Assembly (NCBI GenBank): GCA_964016885.1 | Contig: OZ024759.1 | Location: 2,790,001 to 2,854,000, forward strand | DNA length: 64,000 nt | Direction of reading: 5' to 3' | Source of the DNA: Eledone cirrhosa | Lineage: Eukaryota | Shown here: positions 14,501 to 30,015 of the stretch, one piece after another | Layout of the letters: each line of letters starts with the position of its first letter | Position numbering within the stretch: the first letter of the stretch is position 1 | Translations under genes and position numbers: made by a program | The notes under the pieces: generated by a model | Told to the model about the DNA's origin: nothing | Database searches by the model: none | The model's input: the letters and a program-made list of their open reading frames with translations, nothing else

Positions 14501-17500
14501 TGTCATTAACCCTTCCATTACCATATTTCTAATGAAAGACACTGTCTATGTCATTAACCCTTTCATTACCATATTTCTAATGAAAGACACTGTCTATGTC
14601 ATTAACCCTTTCATTACCATATTTCTAAGGAAAGACACTGTCTATGTCATTAACCCTTTCATTACCATATTTCTAATGAAAGACACAGTCTATGTCATTA
14701 ATCTTTTCATTACCATATTTCTAATGAAAGTCACTGTCTATGTCATTAACCCTTTCGTTACCATATTTCTAATGAAAGACACTGTCTATGTCATTAACCC
14801 TTTCATTACCCTATTTCTAATGAAAGACACTGTCTATGTCATTAATCATTTCCTTATCATATTTCTAATGAAAGACATTGTCTATGTCAATTACCCTTTC
14901 ATTACCATATTTCTAATGAAAGACACTGTCTATGTCATTAACACTTTCATTACCATATTTCTAATGAAGACACTGTCTATGTCATTAACGCTTTCATTAC
15001 CATATTTCTATTGAAAGACACTGTCTACGTCATTAACTCTTTCATTACTATATTTCTAATGAAAGACACTGTCTATGTCATTAACCCTTTCATTACCATA
15101 TTTCTATTGAAAGACACTGTCAAACGTCATTAACCCTTTCATTACCATATTTCTAATGAAAGTCACTACCTATGAACTTAACCCCTTCATTACCATATTT
15201 CTATTGAAAGACACTGTCTATGTCATTAACCCTTTCATTACCATATTTCTAATAAAAGACACTGTCCATGTCATTAAGCCTTTTATTACCATATTTCTAA
15301 CAAAAGACACTGTCTATGTCCTTAACCCTTTCATTACCATATTTTTATTGAAAGACACTGTCTATGTCATTAACCCTTTCATTACCATATTTCTAATGAA
15401 AGTCACTATTAATGTCATTAACCCTTATATTACCATATTTCTGATGAAAGACACTGTCTATGTCATTACCCCTTTCATTACCATATTTCTTATGAAAGAC
15501 TGTCTATGTCATTAATCATTTCATTACAATATTTCTAATGAAAGAGACTGTCTATGTCATTAACCCTACCATTACCATAGTTTTAATGAATGACACTGCC
15601 TATGTCATTAACCCTTTCATTACCATATATCTAATGAAAAACACTGTCTATTTCATTAACCCTTTCATTACCATATTTCTAATGAAAGACACTGACTATG
15701 TCATTAACCCTTTCATTTCAATATTTCTAATGAAAGACACTGTATATCTCATTAACCGGTTCATTACCATATTTCTAATGAAAGACACGGTCTATGTCAT
15801 TAATCTTTAAATTACCATATTTCTAATGAAAGACACTGTCTATGTCCTTAATCCATTCATTACCTTATTTCTAATGAAAGACACTATCTATGTCATTAAC
15901 CCTTTCATTACCATATTTCTAATGAAAGACACTGTATATCTCATTAACCGGTTCATTACCATATTTCTAATGAAAGACACTGTCTGTGTCATTAAACCTT
16001 TCATTATCATATTTCTAATGAAAGACACTGTCTATGTCCTTAATCCATTCATTACCTTATTTCTAATGAAAGACACTGTCTATATCATTAACTCTTCCAT
16101 TACCATAATTCTAATGAAAGACACTGTCTATGTCATTAAACATTTCATTACCATATTTCTAATGAAAGACACTGTTTATGTCATTAACCCTTCCATTACC
16201 ATATTTCTAATGAAAGACACTGTCTATGTCATTAAACCTTTCATTACCATATTTCTAATGAAAGACACTGTCTATGCCATTAGCCCTTTCATTACCATAC
16301 ATCTAATGAAAGACACTGTTTATGTCATTAACCCTTCCATTACCATATTTCTAATGAAAGACACTGTCTATGTTATTAAACATTTCATTACCATATTTCT
16401 CACAAAAGAGACTGTCTATTTCATTAACCCTACCATTACCATATTTCTAATGAAAAACACTCTCTCTGTGCTTAACCCTTTCATTAACATATTTGTAATA
16501 AAAGACCCTATCTATGTCATTACCCATTTCATTACCATATTTCTTATGAAAGACACTGTCTATGTCATTAACCATTTCCTTACCATATTTTTAATGAAAG
16601 ACACTGCCTATGTCATTACCCCTTTCATTACCATATATCTAATGAAAGACACTGTCTATGACATTAACCCTTTCATTACTATATTTATGATGAACGACAC
16701 TGTCTATGTCATTAACCCTTTCATTACCATATTTCTAATGAAAGACACTGTTTATGTCATTAACCCTTCCATTACCATATTTCTAATGAAAGACACTGTC
16801 TATGTCATTAAACCTTTCATTACCATATTTCTAATGAAAGACACTGTCTATGTCATTAACCCTTTCATTACCATACATTTAATGAAAGACACTGTTTATG
16901 TCATTAACCCTTCCATTACCATATTTCTAATGAAAGACACTGTCTATGTCATTAAACCTTTCATTACCATATTTCTAATGAAAGACACTGTATATGTCAT
17001 TAACCCTTTCATTACCATACATCTAATGAAAGACACTGTCTATGTCATTAACCCTTTCATTGCCATATTTCTAATAAAAGACACAGTCCATGTCATTAAC
17101 CCTTCCATTACAATATTTCTAACAAAAGAGACTGTCTATTTCATTAACCCTTTCATTATCATATTTGTAATGAAAGACACTGTCTATGTCATTAACCCTT
17201 TCATTACCATATTTCTAATGAAAGACACTGTCTATGTCATTAACCCTTTCATTACCATATTTCTAATGAAAGACACTATTAATGTCATTAACCCTTATAT
17301 TACGATAGTTCTAATGAAAGACACTGTCTATGTCATTAACCCTTTCATTACCATATTTCTAATGAAAGACACTGTCTATGTCATTAACCCTTCCATTACC
17401 ATATTTCTAATGAAAGACACTGTCTATGTCATTAACACTTTCATTACCATATTTCTAATGAAGACACTGTCTACGTCATTAACCCTTTCATTACTATAAT

Positions 17501-20500
17501 TATAATGAAAGACACTGTCTATGTCATTAACCCTTTCATTACCATATTTCTATTGAAAGACACTGTCTACGTCATTAACCCTTTCATTGCCATATTTCTA
17601 ATGAAAGTCACTACCTATGTCATTAACCCCTTCATTACCATATTTCTATTGAAAGACACTGTCCTTGTCATTAACCCTTTTATTACCATATTTCTAACAA
17701 AAGACACTGTCTATGTCCTTAACCCTTTCATTACCATATTTCTATTGAAAGACACTGTCTATGTCATTAACCCTTTCATTACCATATTTCTAATGAAAGA
17801 CACTATTAATGTCATTAACCCTTATATTACCATATTTCTAATGAAAGACATTGTCTATGTCATTAACCTTTCCATTACGATATTTCTAATGAAAGACACT
17901 GTCTATGTCCTTAATCCTTTCATTACCATATTTCTAATTAAATACACCATCAACGTCATTAACCCTTTCATTACCATATTTCTAATGAAAGACACTACCT
18001 ATGTCATTAACCCTTTCATTAGCATATTTCTAATAAAAGACACAGTCCGTGTCATTAACCCTTTCATTACAATATTTTTAACAAAAGAGACTGTCTATGT
18101 CATTAACCCTTTCATTATCATATTTGTAATGAAAGACACTGTCTATGTCATTAACCCTTTCATTACCATATATCTAACGAAAGACACTATCTATGTCATT
18201 AACCCTTTCATTATCATATTTCTAATGAAAGACACTGTCTATGTCATTAACCCTTTCATTACCATATTCCTAATGAAAGACACTGTCTATGTTATTAACC
18301 CTTTCTTTTCCTTATTTCTAATGAAAGACACTGTCTATGTCTTTAACCCTTTCTTTTCCTTATTTCTAATGAAAGACACTGTCTATGTCATTAACCCTTT
18401 CTTTTCCTTATTTCTAATGAAAGACACTGTCTATGTCATTAACCCTTTCATTACCATATTTCTATTGAAAGACACTGTCTACGTCATTAACCCTTTCATT
18501 TCTATAATTATAATGAAAGACACTGTCTATGTCATTAACCCTTTCATTACCATATTTCTATTGAAAGACACTGTCTACGTCATTAACCCTTTCATTACCA
18601 TATTTCTAATGAAAGTCACTACTTATGTCATTAACCCCTTCATTACCATATTTCTATTGAAAGACACTGTCCATGTCATTAACCCTTAACAAAAGACACT
18701 GTCTATGTTCTTAACCCTTTCATTACCATATTTCTATTGAAAGACACTATTAATGTCATTAACCCTTATATTACCATATTTCTAATGAAAGACACTGTCT
18801 ATGTCATTAACCTTTCCATTACGATATTTCTAATGAAAGACACTGTCTATGTCCTTAATCCTTTCATTACCATATTTCTAATTAAATACACCATCAACGT
18901 CATTAACCCTTTCATTACCATATTTCTAATGAAAGACACTACCTATGTCATTAACCCTTTCATTAGCATATTTCTAATAAAAGACACAGTCCATGTCATT
19001 AACCCTTTCATTACAATATTTTTAACAAAACAGACTGTCTATGTCATTAACCCTTTCATTACCATATATCTAATGAAAGACACTGTCTATGTCATTAACC
19101 CTTTCATTATCATATTTCTAATGAAAGACACTGTCTATGTCATTAACCCTTTCATTACCATATTCCTAATGAAAGACACTGTCTATGTCATTAACCCTTT
19201 CATTACCATATTTTTAATGAAAGACACTGTCTCTGTCATTAACCATTCCATTACAATATTTCTAATGAAAGACACTGTCTATGTCATTAACCATTTCCTT
19301 ACCATATTTTAATGAAAGACACTGTCTATGTCATTAACCCTACCATTACCATATTTTTAATGAAAGACACTGCCTATGTCATTAACCCATTCATTACCAT
19401 ATATCTAATGAAAGATACTGTCTATGTCATTAACCCTTTCATTACTATATTTCTAATGAAAGACACTGTCTATGTCATTAACCCTTTCATTGCCATATTT
19501 CTAATGAAAGACACTGTCTATGTCATTAACCCTTTCATTACCATATTTCTAATGAAAGACACTGTATATCTCATTAACCGGTTCATTACCATATTTCTAA
19601 TGAAAGACACAGTCTATGTCATTAATCTTTTCATTACCATATTTCAAATGAAAGACACTGTCTATGTCATTAACCCTTTCGTTACGATATTTCTGATGAA
19701 AGACACTATGTCATTACTCCATTCATTACCATATTTCTAATGAAAGACACTGTCTATGTCATTAACCCTTCCATTACCATAATTCTAATGAAAGACACTG
19801 TCTATGTCATTAAACATTTCATTACTATATTTCTAATGAAAGACACTGTCTATGTCATTAACCCTTCCATTACCATATTTCTAATGAAAGACACTGTCTA
19901 TGTCATTAACCATTTCCTTACCATATTTCTAATGAAAGACATTGTCTATGTTAATTACCCTTCCATTACCATATCTCTAAAGAAAGACACTGCCTATGTC
20001 ATTAACCCTTTCATTACCCTATTTCTAATGAAAGACACTGTCTATGTCATTAACACTTTCATTACCATATTTCTAATGAAGACACAGTCTATGTCATTAA
20101 CCCTTTCATTACCATATTTCTATTGAAAGACACTGGCTATGTCATTAACCCTTTCATTACTATATTTCTAATGAAAGTCACTACCTATGTCATTAACCCC
20201 TTCATTACCATATTTCTATTGAAAGACACTGTCTATGTGATTATCCCTTTCATTACCATATTTCTAATAAAAGACACTGACCATGTCATTAACCCTTTTA
20301 TTACCATATTTCTAACAAAAGACACTGTCTATGTCCTTAACCCTTTCATTACCATATTTCTATTGAAAGACACTGTCTATGTCATTAATCCTTTCATTAC
20401 CATATTTCTAATGAAAGACACTATTAATGTCATTAACCCTTATATTACCATATTTCTAATGAAAGACACTGTCTATGTCCTTAATCCTTTCATTACCATA

Positions 20501-23500
20501 TTTCTAATTAAATACACCATCAACGTCATTAACCCATTCATTATCATATTTCTAATGAAAGACACTACCTATGTCATTAACCCTTTCATTACCATATTTC
20601 TAATAAAAGACACAGTCCATGTCATTAACCCTTTCATTACAATATTTCTAACAAAAGAGACTGTCTATGTCATTACCCCTTTCATTATCATATTTGTAAT
20701 GAAAGACACTGTCTATGTCATTAACCCTTTCATTACCATATATCTAATGAAAGACACTGTCTATGTCATTAACCCTTTCATTATCATATTTCTAATGAAA
20801 GACACTGTCTATGTCATTAACCCTTTCAGTACCATATTCCTAATGAAAGACACTGTCTATGTCATTAACCCTTTCATTACCATATTTTTAATGAAAGACA
20901 CTGTCTATGTCATTAACCCTTTCATTACCATAATTCTAATGAAAGACACTGTCTATGTCATTAACCATTTCATTACAATATTTCTAATGAAAGACACTGT
21001 CTATGTCATTAACCATTTCCTTACCATATTTTAATGAAAGACACTGTCTATGTCATTAACACAACCATTACCATATTTTTAATGAAAGACACTGCCTATG
21101 TCATTAACCCTTTCATTACCATATGTCTAATGAAAGACACTGTCTATGTCATTAACCCTTTCATTACTATATTTCTAATGAAAGACACTGTCTATGTCTT
21201 TAACCCTTTCATTACCATATTTCTAATGAAAGACACTGTCTATGTCATTAATCCTTTCATTACCATATTTCTAATGAAAGACATTGTATATCTCATTAAC
21301 CGGTTCATTACCATATTTCTAATGAAAGACACAGTCTATGTCATTAATCTTTTCATTACCATATTTCAAATGAAAGACAAAGTCTATGTCATTAACCCTT
21401 TCGTTACGATATTTCTAATGAAATACACTATCTATGTCATTACCCCTTTCATTATCATATTTCTAATGAAAGACACTGTCTATGTCATTAACCCTTCCAT
21501 TACCATAATTCTAATGAAAGACACTGTCTATGTCATTAAACATTTCATTACTATATTTCTAATGAAAGACACTGTCTATGTCATTAACCCTTCCATTACC
21601 ATATTTCTTATGAAAGACACTGTCTATGTAATTAACCATTTCCTTACCATATTTCTAATGAAAGACATTGTCTATGTTAATTACCCTTTCATTACCATAT
21701 CTCTAATGAAAGACACTGCCTATGTCATTAACCCTTTCATTACCCTATTTCTAATGAAAGACACTGTCTATGTCATTAATACTTTCATTACCATATTTCT
21801 AATGAAGACACTGTCTATGTCATTAACCCTTTCATTACCATATTTCTAATGAAAGTCACTACCTATGTCATTAACCCCTTCATTACCATATTTCTATTGA
21901 AAGACACTGTCTATGTGATTATCCCTTTCATTACCATATTTCTAATAAAAGACACTGACCATGTCATTAACCCTTTTATTACCATATTTCTAACAAAAGA
22001 CACTGTCTATGTCCTTAACCCTTTCATTACCTTATTTCTATTGAAAGACACTGTCTGTGTCATTAACCCTTTCATTACCATATTTCTAATGAAAGACACT
22101 ATTAATGTCGTTTACCCTTATATTACCATATTTCTAATGAAAGACACTGTCTATGTCCTTAATCCTTTCAGTACCATATTTCTAATTAAATACACCATCA
22201 ACGTCATTAACCCATTCATTATCATATTTCTAATGAAAGACACTACCTATGTCATTAACCCTTTCATTACCATATTTCTAATAAAAGACACAGTCCATGT
22301 CATTAACCCTTTCATTATCATATTTGTAATGAAAGACACTGTCTATGTCATTAACCCTTTCATTACCATATATCTAATGAAAGACACTGTCTATGTCATT
22401 AACCCTTTCATTATCATATTTCTAATGAAAGACACTGTCTATGTCATTAACCCTTTCATTACCATATTCCTAATGAAAGACACTGTCTATGTCATTAACC
22501 CTTTCATTACCATATTTTTAATGAAAGACACTGTCTATGTCATTAACCATTTCATTACAATATTTCTAATGAAAGACACTGTCTATGTCATTAACCATTT
22601 CCTTACCATTTTTTAATGAAAGACACTGTCTATGTCATTAACACTACAATTACCATATTTTTAATGAAAGACACTGCCTATGTCATTAACCCTTTCATTA
22701 CCATATGTCTAATGAAAGACACTGTCTATGTCATTAACCCTTTCATTACTATATTTCTAATGAAAGACACTGTCTATGTCTTTAACCCTTTCATTACCAT
22801 ATTTCTAATGAAAGACACTGTCTATGTCATTAACTCTTTCATTACCATATTTTTAATGAAAGACACTGTCTATGTCATTAACCATTTCATTACAATATTT
22901 CTAATGAAAGACACTGTCTATGTCATTAACCATTTCCTTACCATATTTTAATGAAAGACACTGCCTATGTCATTAACCCTACCATTACCATATTTTTAAT
23001 GAAAGACACTGCCTATGTCATTAACCCTTTCATTTACATATTTCTAATGAAATACACTGTCTATGTCATTAACCCTTTCATTACCATATTTCTAATGAAA
23101 GACACTGTCTATGTCATTACCCCTTTCATTACCATATTTTTACTGAAAGACACTGCCTATGTCATTAACCCTTTCATTACCATATTTCTAATGAAAGACA
23201 CTGTCTATGTCATTAACCCTTTCTTTTCCTTATTTCTAATGAAAGACATTGTCTATGTCTTTAACCCTTTCTTTTCCTTATTTCTAATAAAAGACAATGT
23301 CTATGTCATTAACCCTTTCATTACCATATTTCTAATGAAAGACACTGTCTATGTCATTAACACTTTCATTACCAAATTTCTAATGAAGACACTGTCTATG
23401 TCATTAACCCTTTCATTACCATATTTCTATTGAAAGACACTGTCTACGTCATTAACTCTTTCATTACTATAATTATAATGAAAGACACTGTCTATGTCAT

Positions 23501-26500
23501 TAACCCTTTCATTACCATATTTCTATTGAAAGACAGTGTCTACGTCATTAACCCTTTCATTACCATATTTCTAATGAAAGTCACTACCTATGTCATTAAC
23601 CCCTTCATTACCATATTTCTATTGAAAGACACTGTCCATGTCATTAACCCGTAACAAAAGACACTGTCTATGTCCTTAACCCTTTCATTACCATATTTCT
23701 ATTGAAAGACACAGTCCATGTCATTAACCCTTTCATTACAATATTTTTAACAAAAGAGACTGTCTATGTCATTAACCCTTTCATTATCATATTTGTAATG
23801 AAAGACACTGTCTATGTCATTAACCCTTTCATTACCATATATCTAATGAAAGACACTGTCTATGTCATTAACCCTTTCATTATCATATTTCTAATGAAAG
23901 ACACTGTCTATGTCATTAACCCTTTCATTACCATATTCCTAATGAAAGACACTGTCTATGTCATTAACCCTTTCATTACCATATTTTTAATGAAAGACAC
24001 TGTCTCTGTCATTAACCATTTCATTACAATATTTCTAATGAAAGACACTGTCTATGTCATTAACCATTTCCTTACCATATTTTAATGAAAGACACTGTCT
24101 AAGTTATTAACCCTACCATTACCATATTTTTAATGAAAGACACTGCCTATGTCATTAACCCTTTCATTACCATATATCTAATGAAAGACACTGTCTATGT
24201 CATTAACCCTTTCATTACTATATTTCTAATGAAAGACACTGTCTATGTCATTAACCCTTTCATTACCATATTTCTAATGAAAGACACTGTCTATTTCATT
24301 AACCCTTTGATTACCATATTTCTAATGAAAGACACTGTCTATTTCATTAACCCTTCCATTACCATATATATAATGAAAGACACTGCTATGTTATTAACCC
24401 TTTCATTAACATATTTCTAATGAAAGAAACTGTCTATGTCATTACCCTTTTCATTACCATATTTCTAATGAAAGACACTGTGTATGTCATTAACCCTTTC
24501 ATTACGATATTCCTAATGAAAGACACTGTGTATGTCATTAATCCGTTCATTACTATATTTCTAATGAAAGACACTGTCTATGTCATTAACCCTTCCATTA
24601 CCAGATTTCTAATGAAAGACACTGTCTATGTCTTTAACCCTTTCATTTCCTTATTTCTAATGAAAGACACTGCCTATGTCATTAACCCTTTCATTACCAT
24701 ATTTCTAATGAAAGACACAGTCTATGTCATTAACCCTTTCATTACCATATTTCTAATGAAAGACACTGTCTATGTCATTAACCCTTTCATTACCATATTT
24801 TTAATGAAGGACACTGTCTCTGTCATTAACCATTTCATTACAATATTTCTAATGAACGACACTGTCTATGTCATTAACCATTTCCTTACCATATTTTAAT
24901 GAAAGACACCGTCCATGTCATTAACCCTACCATTACCTTATTTTTAATGAAAGACACTGCCTATGTCATTAACCCTTTCATTACCATATATCTAATGAAA
25001 GACACAGTCTATGTCATTAACCCTTTCATTACTATATTTCTAATGAAAGACACTGTCTATGTCATTAATCCTTTCATTACCATATTTCTAATGAAAGACA
25101 CTGTCTATGTCATTAACCCTTTCATTACCATATTTCTATTGAAAGACACAGTCCATGTCATTAACCCTTTCATTACAATATTTTTAACAAAAGAGACTGT
25201 CTATGTCATTAACCCTTTCATTATCATATTTGTAATGAAAGACACTGTCTATGTCATTAACCCTTTCATTACCATATATCTAATGAAAGACACTGTCTAT
25301 GTCATTAACCCTTTCATTATCATATTTCTAATGAAAGACACTGTCTATGTCATTAACCCTTTCATTACCATATTCCTAATGAAAGACACTGTCTATGTCA
25401 TTAACCCTTTCATTACCATATTTTTAATGAAAGACACTGTCTCTGTCATTAACCATTTCATTACAATATTTCTAATGAAAGACACTGTCTATGTCATTAA
25501 CCATTTCCTTACCATATTTTAATGAAAGACACTGTCTAAGTTATTAACCCTACCATTACCATATTTTTAATGAAAGACACTGCCTATGTCATTAACCCTT
25601 TCATTACCATATATCTAATGAAAGACACTGTCTATGTCATTAACCCTTTCATTACTATATTTCTAATGAAAGACACTGTCTATGTCATTAACCCTTTCAT
25701 TGCCATATTTCTAATGAAAGACACTGTCTATTTCATTAACCCTTTGATTACCATATTTCTAATGAAAGACACTGTCTATTTCATTAACCCTTCCATTACC
25801 ATATATATAATGAAAGACACTGCTATGTTATTAACCCTTTCATTAACATATTTCTAATGAAAGAAACTGTCTATGTCATTACCCTTTTCATTACCATATT
25901 TCTAATGAAAGACACTGTGTATGTCATTAACCCTTTCATTACGATATTCCTAATGAAAGACACTGTGTATGTCATTAATCCGTTCATTACTATATTTCTA
26001 ATGAAAGACACTGTCTATGTCATTAACCCTTCCATTACCAGATTTCTAATGAAAGACACTGTCTATGTCTTTAACCCTTTCATTTCCTTATTTCTAATGA
26101 AAGACACTGCCTATGTCATTAACCCTTTCATTACCATATTTCTAATGAAAGACACAGTCTATGTCATTAACCCTTTCATTACCATATTTCTAATGAAAGA
26201 CACTGTCTATGTCATTAACCCTTTCATTACCATATTTTTAATGAAGGACACTGTCTCTGTCATTAACCATTTCATTACAATATTTCTAATGAACGACACT
26301 GTCTATGTCATTAACCATTTCCTTACCATATTTTAATGAAAGACACCGTCCATGTCATTAACCCTACCATTACCTTATTTTTAATGAAAGACACTGCCTA
26401 TGTCATTAACCCTTTCATTACCATATATCTAATGAAAGACACTGTCTATGTCATTAACCCTTTCATTACTATATTTCTAATGAAAGACACTGTCTATGTC

Positions 26501-29500
26501 ATTAATCCTTTCATTACCATATTTCTAATGAAAGACACTGTCTATGTCATTAACCCTTTCATTACCATATTTCTATTGAAAGACACTGTCTATGTCATTA
26601 ACCCTTTCATTACTATATTTCTAATGAAAGACACTGTCTATGTCATTAACTCTTTCATTACCATATTTCTATTGAAAGACACTGTCTACGTCATTAACCC
26701 TTTCATTACCATATTTCTAATGAAAGTCACTACCTATGTCATTAACCCCTTCATTACCATATTTCTATTGAAAGACACTGTCTATGTCCTTAACCCTTTT
26801 ATTACCATATTTCTAACAAAAGACACTGTCTATGTCCTTAACCCTTTCATTACCATATTTCTATTGAAAGACACTGTCTATGTCATTAACCCTTTCATTA
26901 CCAGATTTCTAATGAAAGACACTATTAACGTCATTAACCCTTATATTACCATATTTCTAATGAAAGACACTGTCTATGTGATTAACCCTTTCATTACCAT
27001 ATTTCTAATAAAAGACACTGACCATGTCATTAACCCTTTCATTACCATATTTCTAATGAAAGACACTATTAATGTCATTAACCCTTATATTATGATATTT
27101 CTAATGAAAGACACTGTCTATATCCTTAATCCTTTCATTACCATATTTCTAAGTAAATACACCATCAACGTCATTAACCCATTCGTTATCATATTTCTAA
27201 TGAAAGACACTACCTATGACATTAACCCTTTCATTACCATATTTCTAATAAAAGACACAGTCCATGTCATTAACCCTTTCATTACAATATTTCTAACAAA
27301 AGAGACTGTCTATGTCATTAACCCTTTCATTATCATATTTGTAATGAAAGACACTGTCTATGTCATTAACCCTTTCATTACCATATATCTAATGAAAGAC
27401 ACTGTCTATGTCATTAACCCTTTCATTATCATATTTCTAATGAAAGACACTGTCTATGTCATTAACCCTTTCATTACCATATTCCTAATGAAAGACACTG
27501 TCTATGTCATTAACCCTTTCATTACCATATTTTTATTGAAAGACACTGTCTCTGTCATTAACCATTTCATTACAATATTCCTAATGAAAGACACTGTCTA
27601 TGTCATTAACCATTTCCTTACCATATTTTAATGAAAGACACTGCCTATGTCATTAACCCTACCATTACCATATTTTTAATGAAAGACACTGCCTATGTCA
27701 TTAACCCTTTCATTACCATATATCTAATGAAAGACACTGTCTATGTCATTAACCCTTCCATTACTATATTTCTAATGAAAGACACTGTCTATGTCATTAA
27801 CCCTTTCATTACCATATTTCTAATGAAAGACACTGTCTATGTCATTAACCCTTTCATTACCATATTTGTAATGAAAGACACTGTCTATGTCATTAACCGG
27901 TTCATTACCATATTTCTAATGAAAGACACAGTCTATATCAATAATCTTTTCATTACCATATTTCTAAGGCGCCTCCTCTCTATTGAGGATTTTGTTAAAA
28001 ATTTTATTTTTTGTGTAATCTTATTTTATTTTTATATTTTGTTATTGCCTCCTCCTTATTGAGGACGCCTTTTTGTGTAAACTCCCCCCTTTGTACTTGT
28101 CCCACTTTTGATGCCCTGGTGGCAAATAAAAGAAATCCATATTTCTAATGAAAGACACTGTCTATGTCATTAACCCTTTCGTTACCATATTTCTAATGAA
28201 AGAGACTATCTATGTCATTACCCCTTTCATTACCATATTTCTAATGAAAGACACTGTCTATGTCATTAACCCTTCCATTACCATAATTCTAATGAAAGAC
28301 ACTGTCTATGTCTTTAATCCTTTCATTTCCTTATTTCTAATGAAAGACACTGTCTATGTCATTAACCCTTTCATTACCATATTTCTAATGAAAGACACTG
28401 TCTATGTCATTAACCCTTTCAATACCCGATTTCTAATGAAAGACACTGTCTATGTCATTAACCATTTCCTTACCATATTTCTAATGAAAGACATTGTCTA
28501 TGTCAATTACCCTTTCATTACCATATCTCTAATGAAAGACACTGCCTATGTCATTAACCCTTTCATTACCCTATTTCTAATGAAAGACACTGTCTATGTC
28601 ATTAACCCTTTCATTACCCTATCTCTAATGAAAGACACTGTCTATGTCCTTAATCCTTTCATTACCATATTTCTAATTAAATACACTGTCAACGTCATTA
28701 ACCCTTTTATTACCATATTTCTAATGAAAGACACTACCTATGTCATTAACCCTTTCATTACCATATTTCTAATAAAAGACACAGTCCATGTCATTAACCC
28801 TTCCATTACAATATTTCTAACAAAAGAGACTGTCAATGTCATTAACCCTTTCATTATCATATTTCTAATGAAAGACACTGTCTATGTCTTTAACCCTTTC
28901 ATTACCATATTCCTAATGATAGACACTGTCTATGTCATTAACCCTTTCATTACCATATTTTTAATGAAAGACACTGTCCCTGTCATTAACCCTTTCATTA
29001 CCATATTTCTAATGAAAGACACTGTTTATGTCATTAACCCTTTCATTAACATATATCTAATGAAATACACTGTCTATGTCATTAACCCTTTCATTACCAT
29101 ATTTCTAATGAAAGACACTGTCTATGTCATTAACCATTTCCTTACCATATTTTTAATGAAAGACACTGCCTATGTCATTAACCCTTTCATTACCATATAT
29201 CTAATGAAAGACACTGTCTATGTCATTAACTCTTTCATTACTATATTTCTAATGAAAGACACTGTATATCTCATTAACCGGTTCATTACCATATTTCTAA
29301 TGAAAGACACAGTCTATGTCATTAATCTTTTCATTACCATATTTCTAGTGAAAGACACTGTCTATGTCATTAACCCTTTCGTTACCATATTTCTAATGAA
29401 AGACCCTGTCTATGTCATTAACCCTTTCATTACCATATTTCAAATGAAAGACACTGTTTATGTCATTAACCCTTTCATTAACATATATCTAATGAAATAC

Positions 29501-29996
29501 ACTGTCTATGTCATTAACCCTTTCATTACCATATTTCTAATGAAAGACACTGTCTATGTCATTAACCATTTCCTTACCATATTTTTAATGAAAGACACTG
29601 CCTATGTCATTAACCCTTTCATTACCATATATCTAATGAAAGACACTGTCTATGTCATTAACTCTTTCATTACTATATTTCTAATGAAAGACACTGTATA
29701 TCTCATTAACCGGTTCATTACCATATTTCTAATGAAAGACACAGTCTATGTCATTAATCTTTTCATTACCATATTTCTAATGAAAGACACTGTCTATGTC
29801 ATTAACCCTTTCGTTACCATATTTCTAATGAAAGACACTGTCTATGTCATTAACCCTTTCATTACCATATTTCAAATGAAAGACACTGTCTATGTCATTA
29901 ACCCTTTCATTACTATATTTCTAATGAAAGACACTGTCTATGTCATTAACCATTTCCTTACCATATTTCTAATGAAAGACAGTACCTATGTTTAAC
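5492..29996. repeat. About 24.5-kb satellite of 48-bp units (TTAACCCTTTCATTACCATATTTCTAATGAAAGACACTGTCTATGTCA), about 510 copies, with higher-order duplications
   Basis: Direct 48-nt periodicity throughout. It produces the 16-aa MKDTVYVINPFITIFL pseudo-ORFs. Confidence 0.99.
27968..28136 (+). mobile_element. 169-bp 5'-truncated Tx1-like LINE 3' end inserted in the satellite, with a 12-bp target-site duplication
   Basis: Ends GCCCTGGTGGCAAATAAAAGAAAT, like the 3' end of the element at 54480 (- strand). CCATATTTCTAA is duplicated at 27956-27967 and 28137-28148. Confidence 0.9.
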
Positions 29997-30015
29997 CTGG
30001 AATTTACATTTTCAG

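Noticed and set aside
5502-29995. Long ORFs (up to 784 aa) of MKDTVYVINPFITIFL repeats as a giant membrane or repeat protein
   Set aside because: The 48-bp unit is a multiple of 3 with one stop-free frame. Frequent frameshifting indels and a LINE insertion show no coding constraint.
5492-29996. 48-bp unit as a hammerhead satellite (CTAATGA...GAAA)
   Set aside because: The core reads CUAAUGA rather than CUGANGA, and GAAA overlaps it instead of following a stem II.
5492-29996. TTAACCC as telomeric repeat
   Set aside because: It occurs once per 48 bp, not as tandem hexamers, and is better explained as TTAA plus a CCC transposon end.
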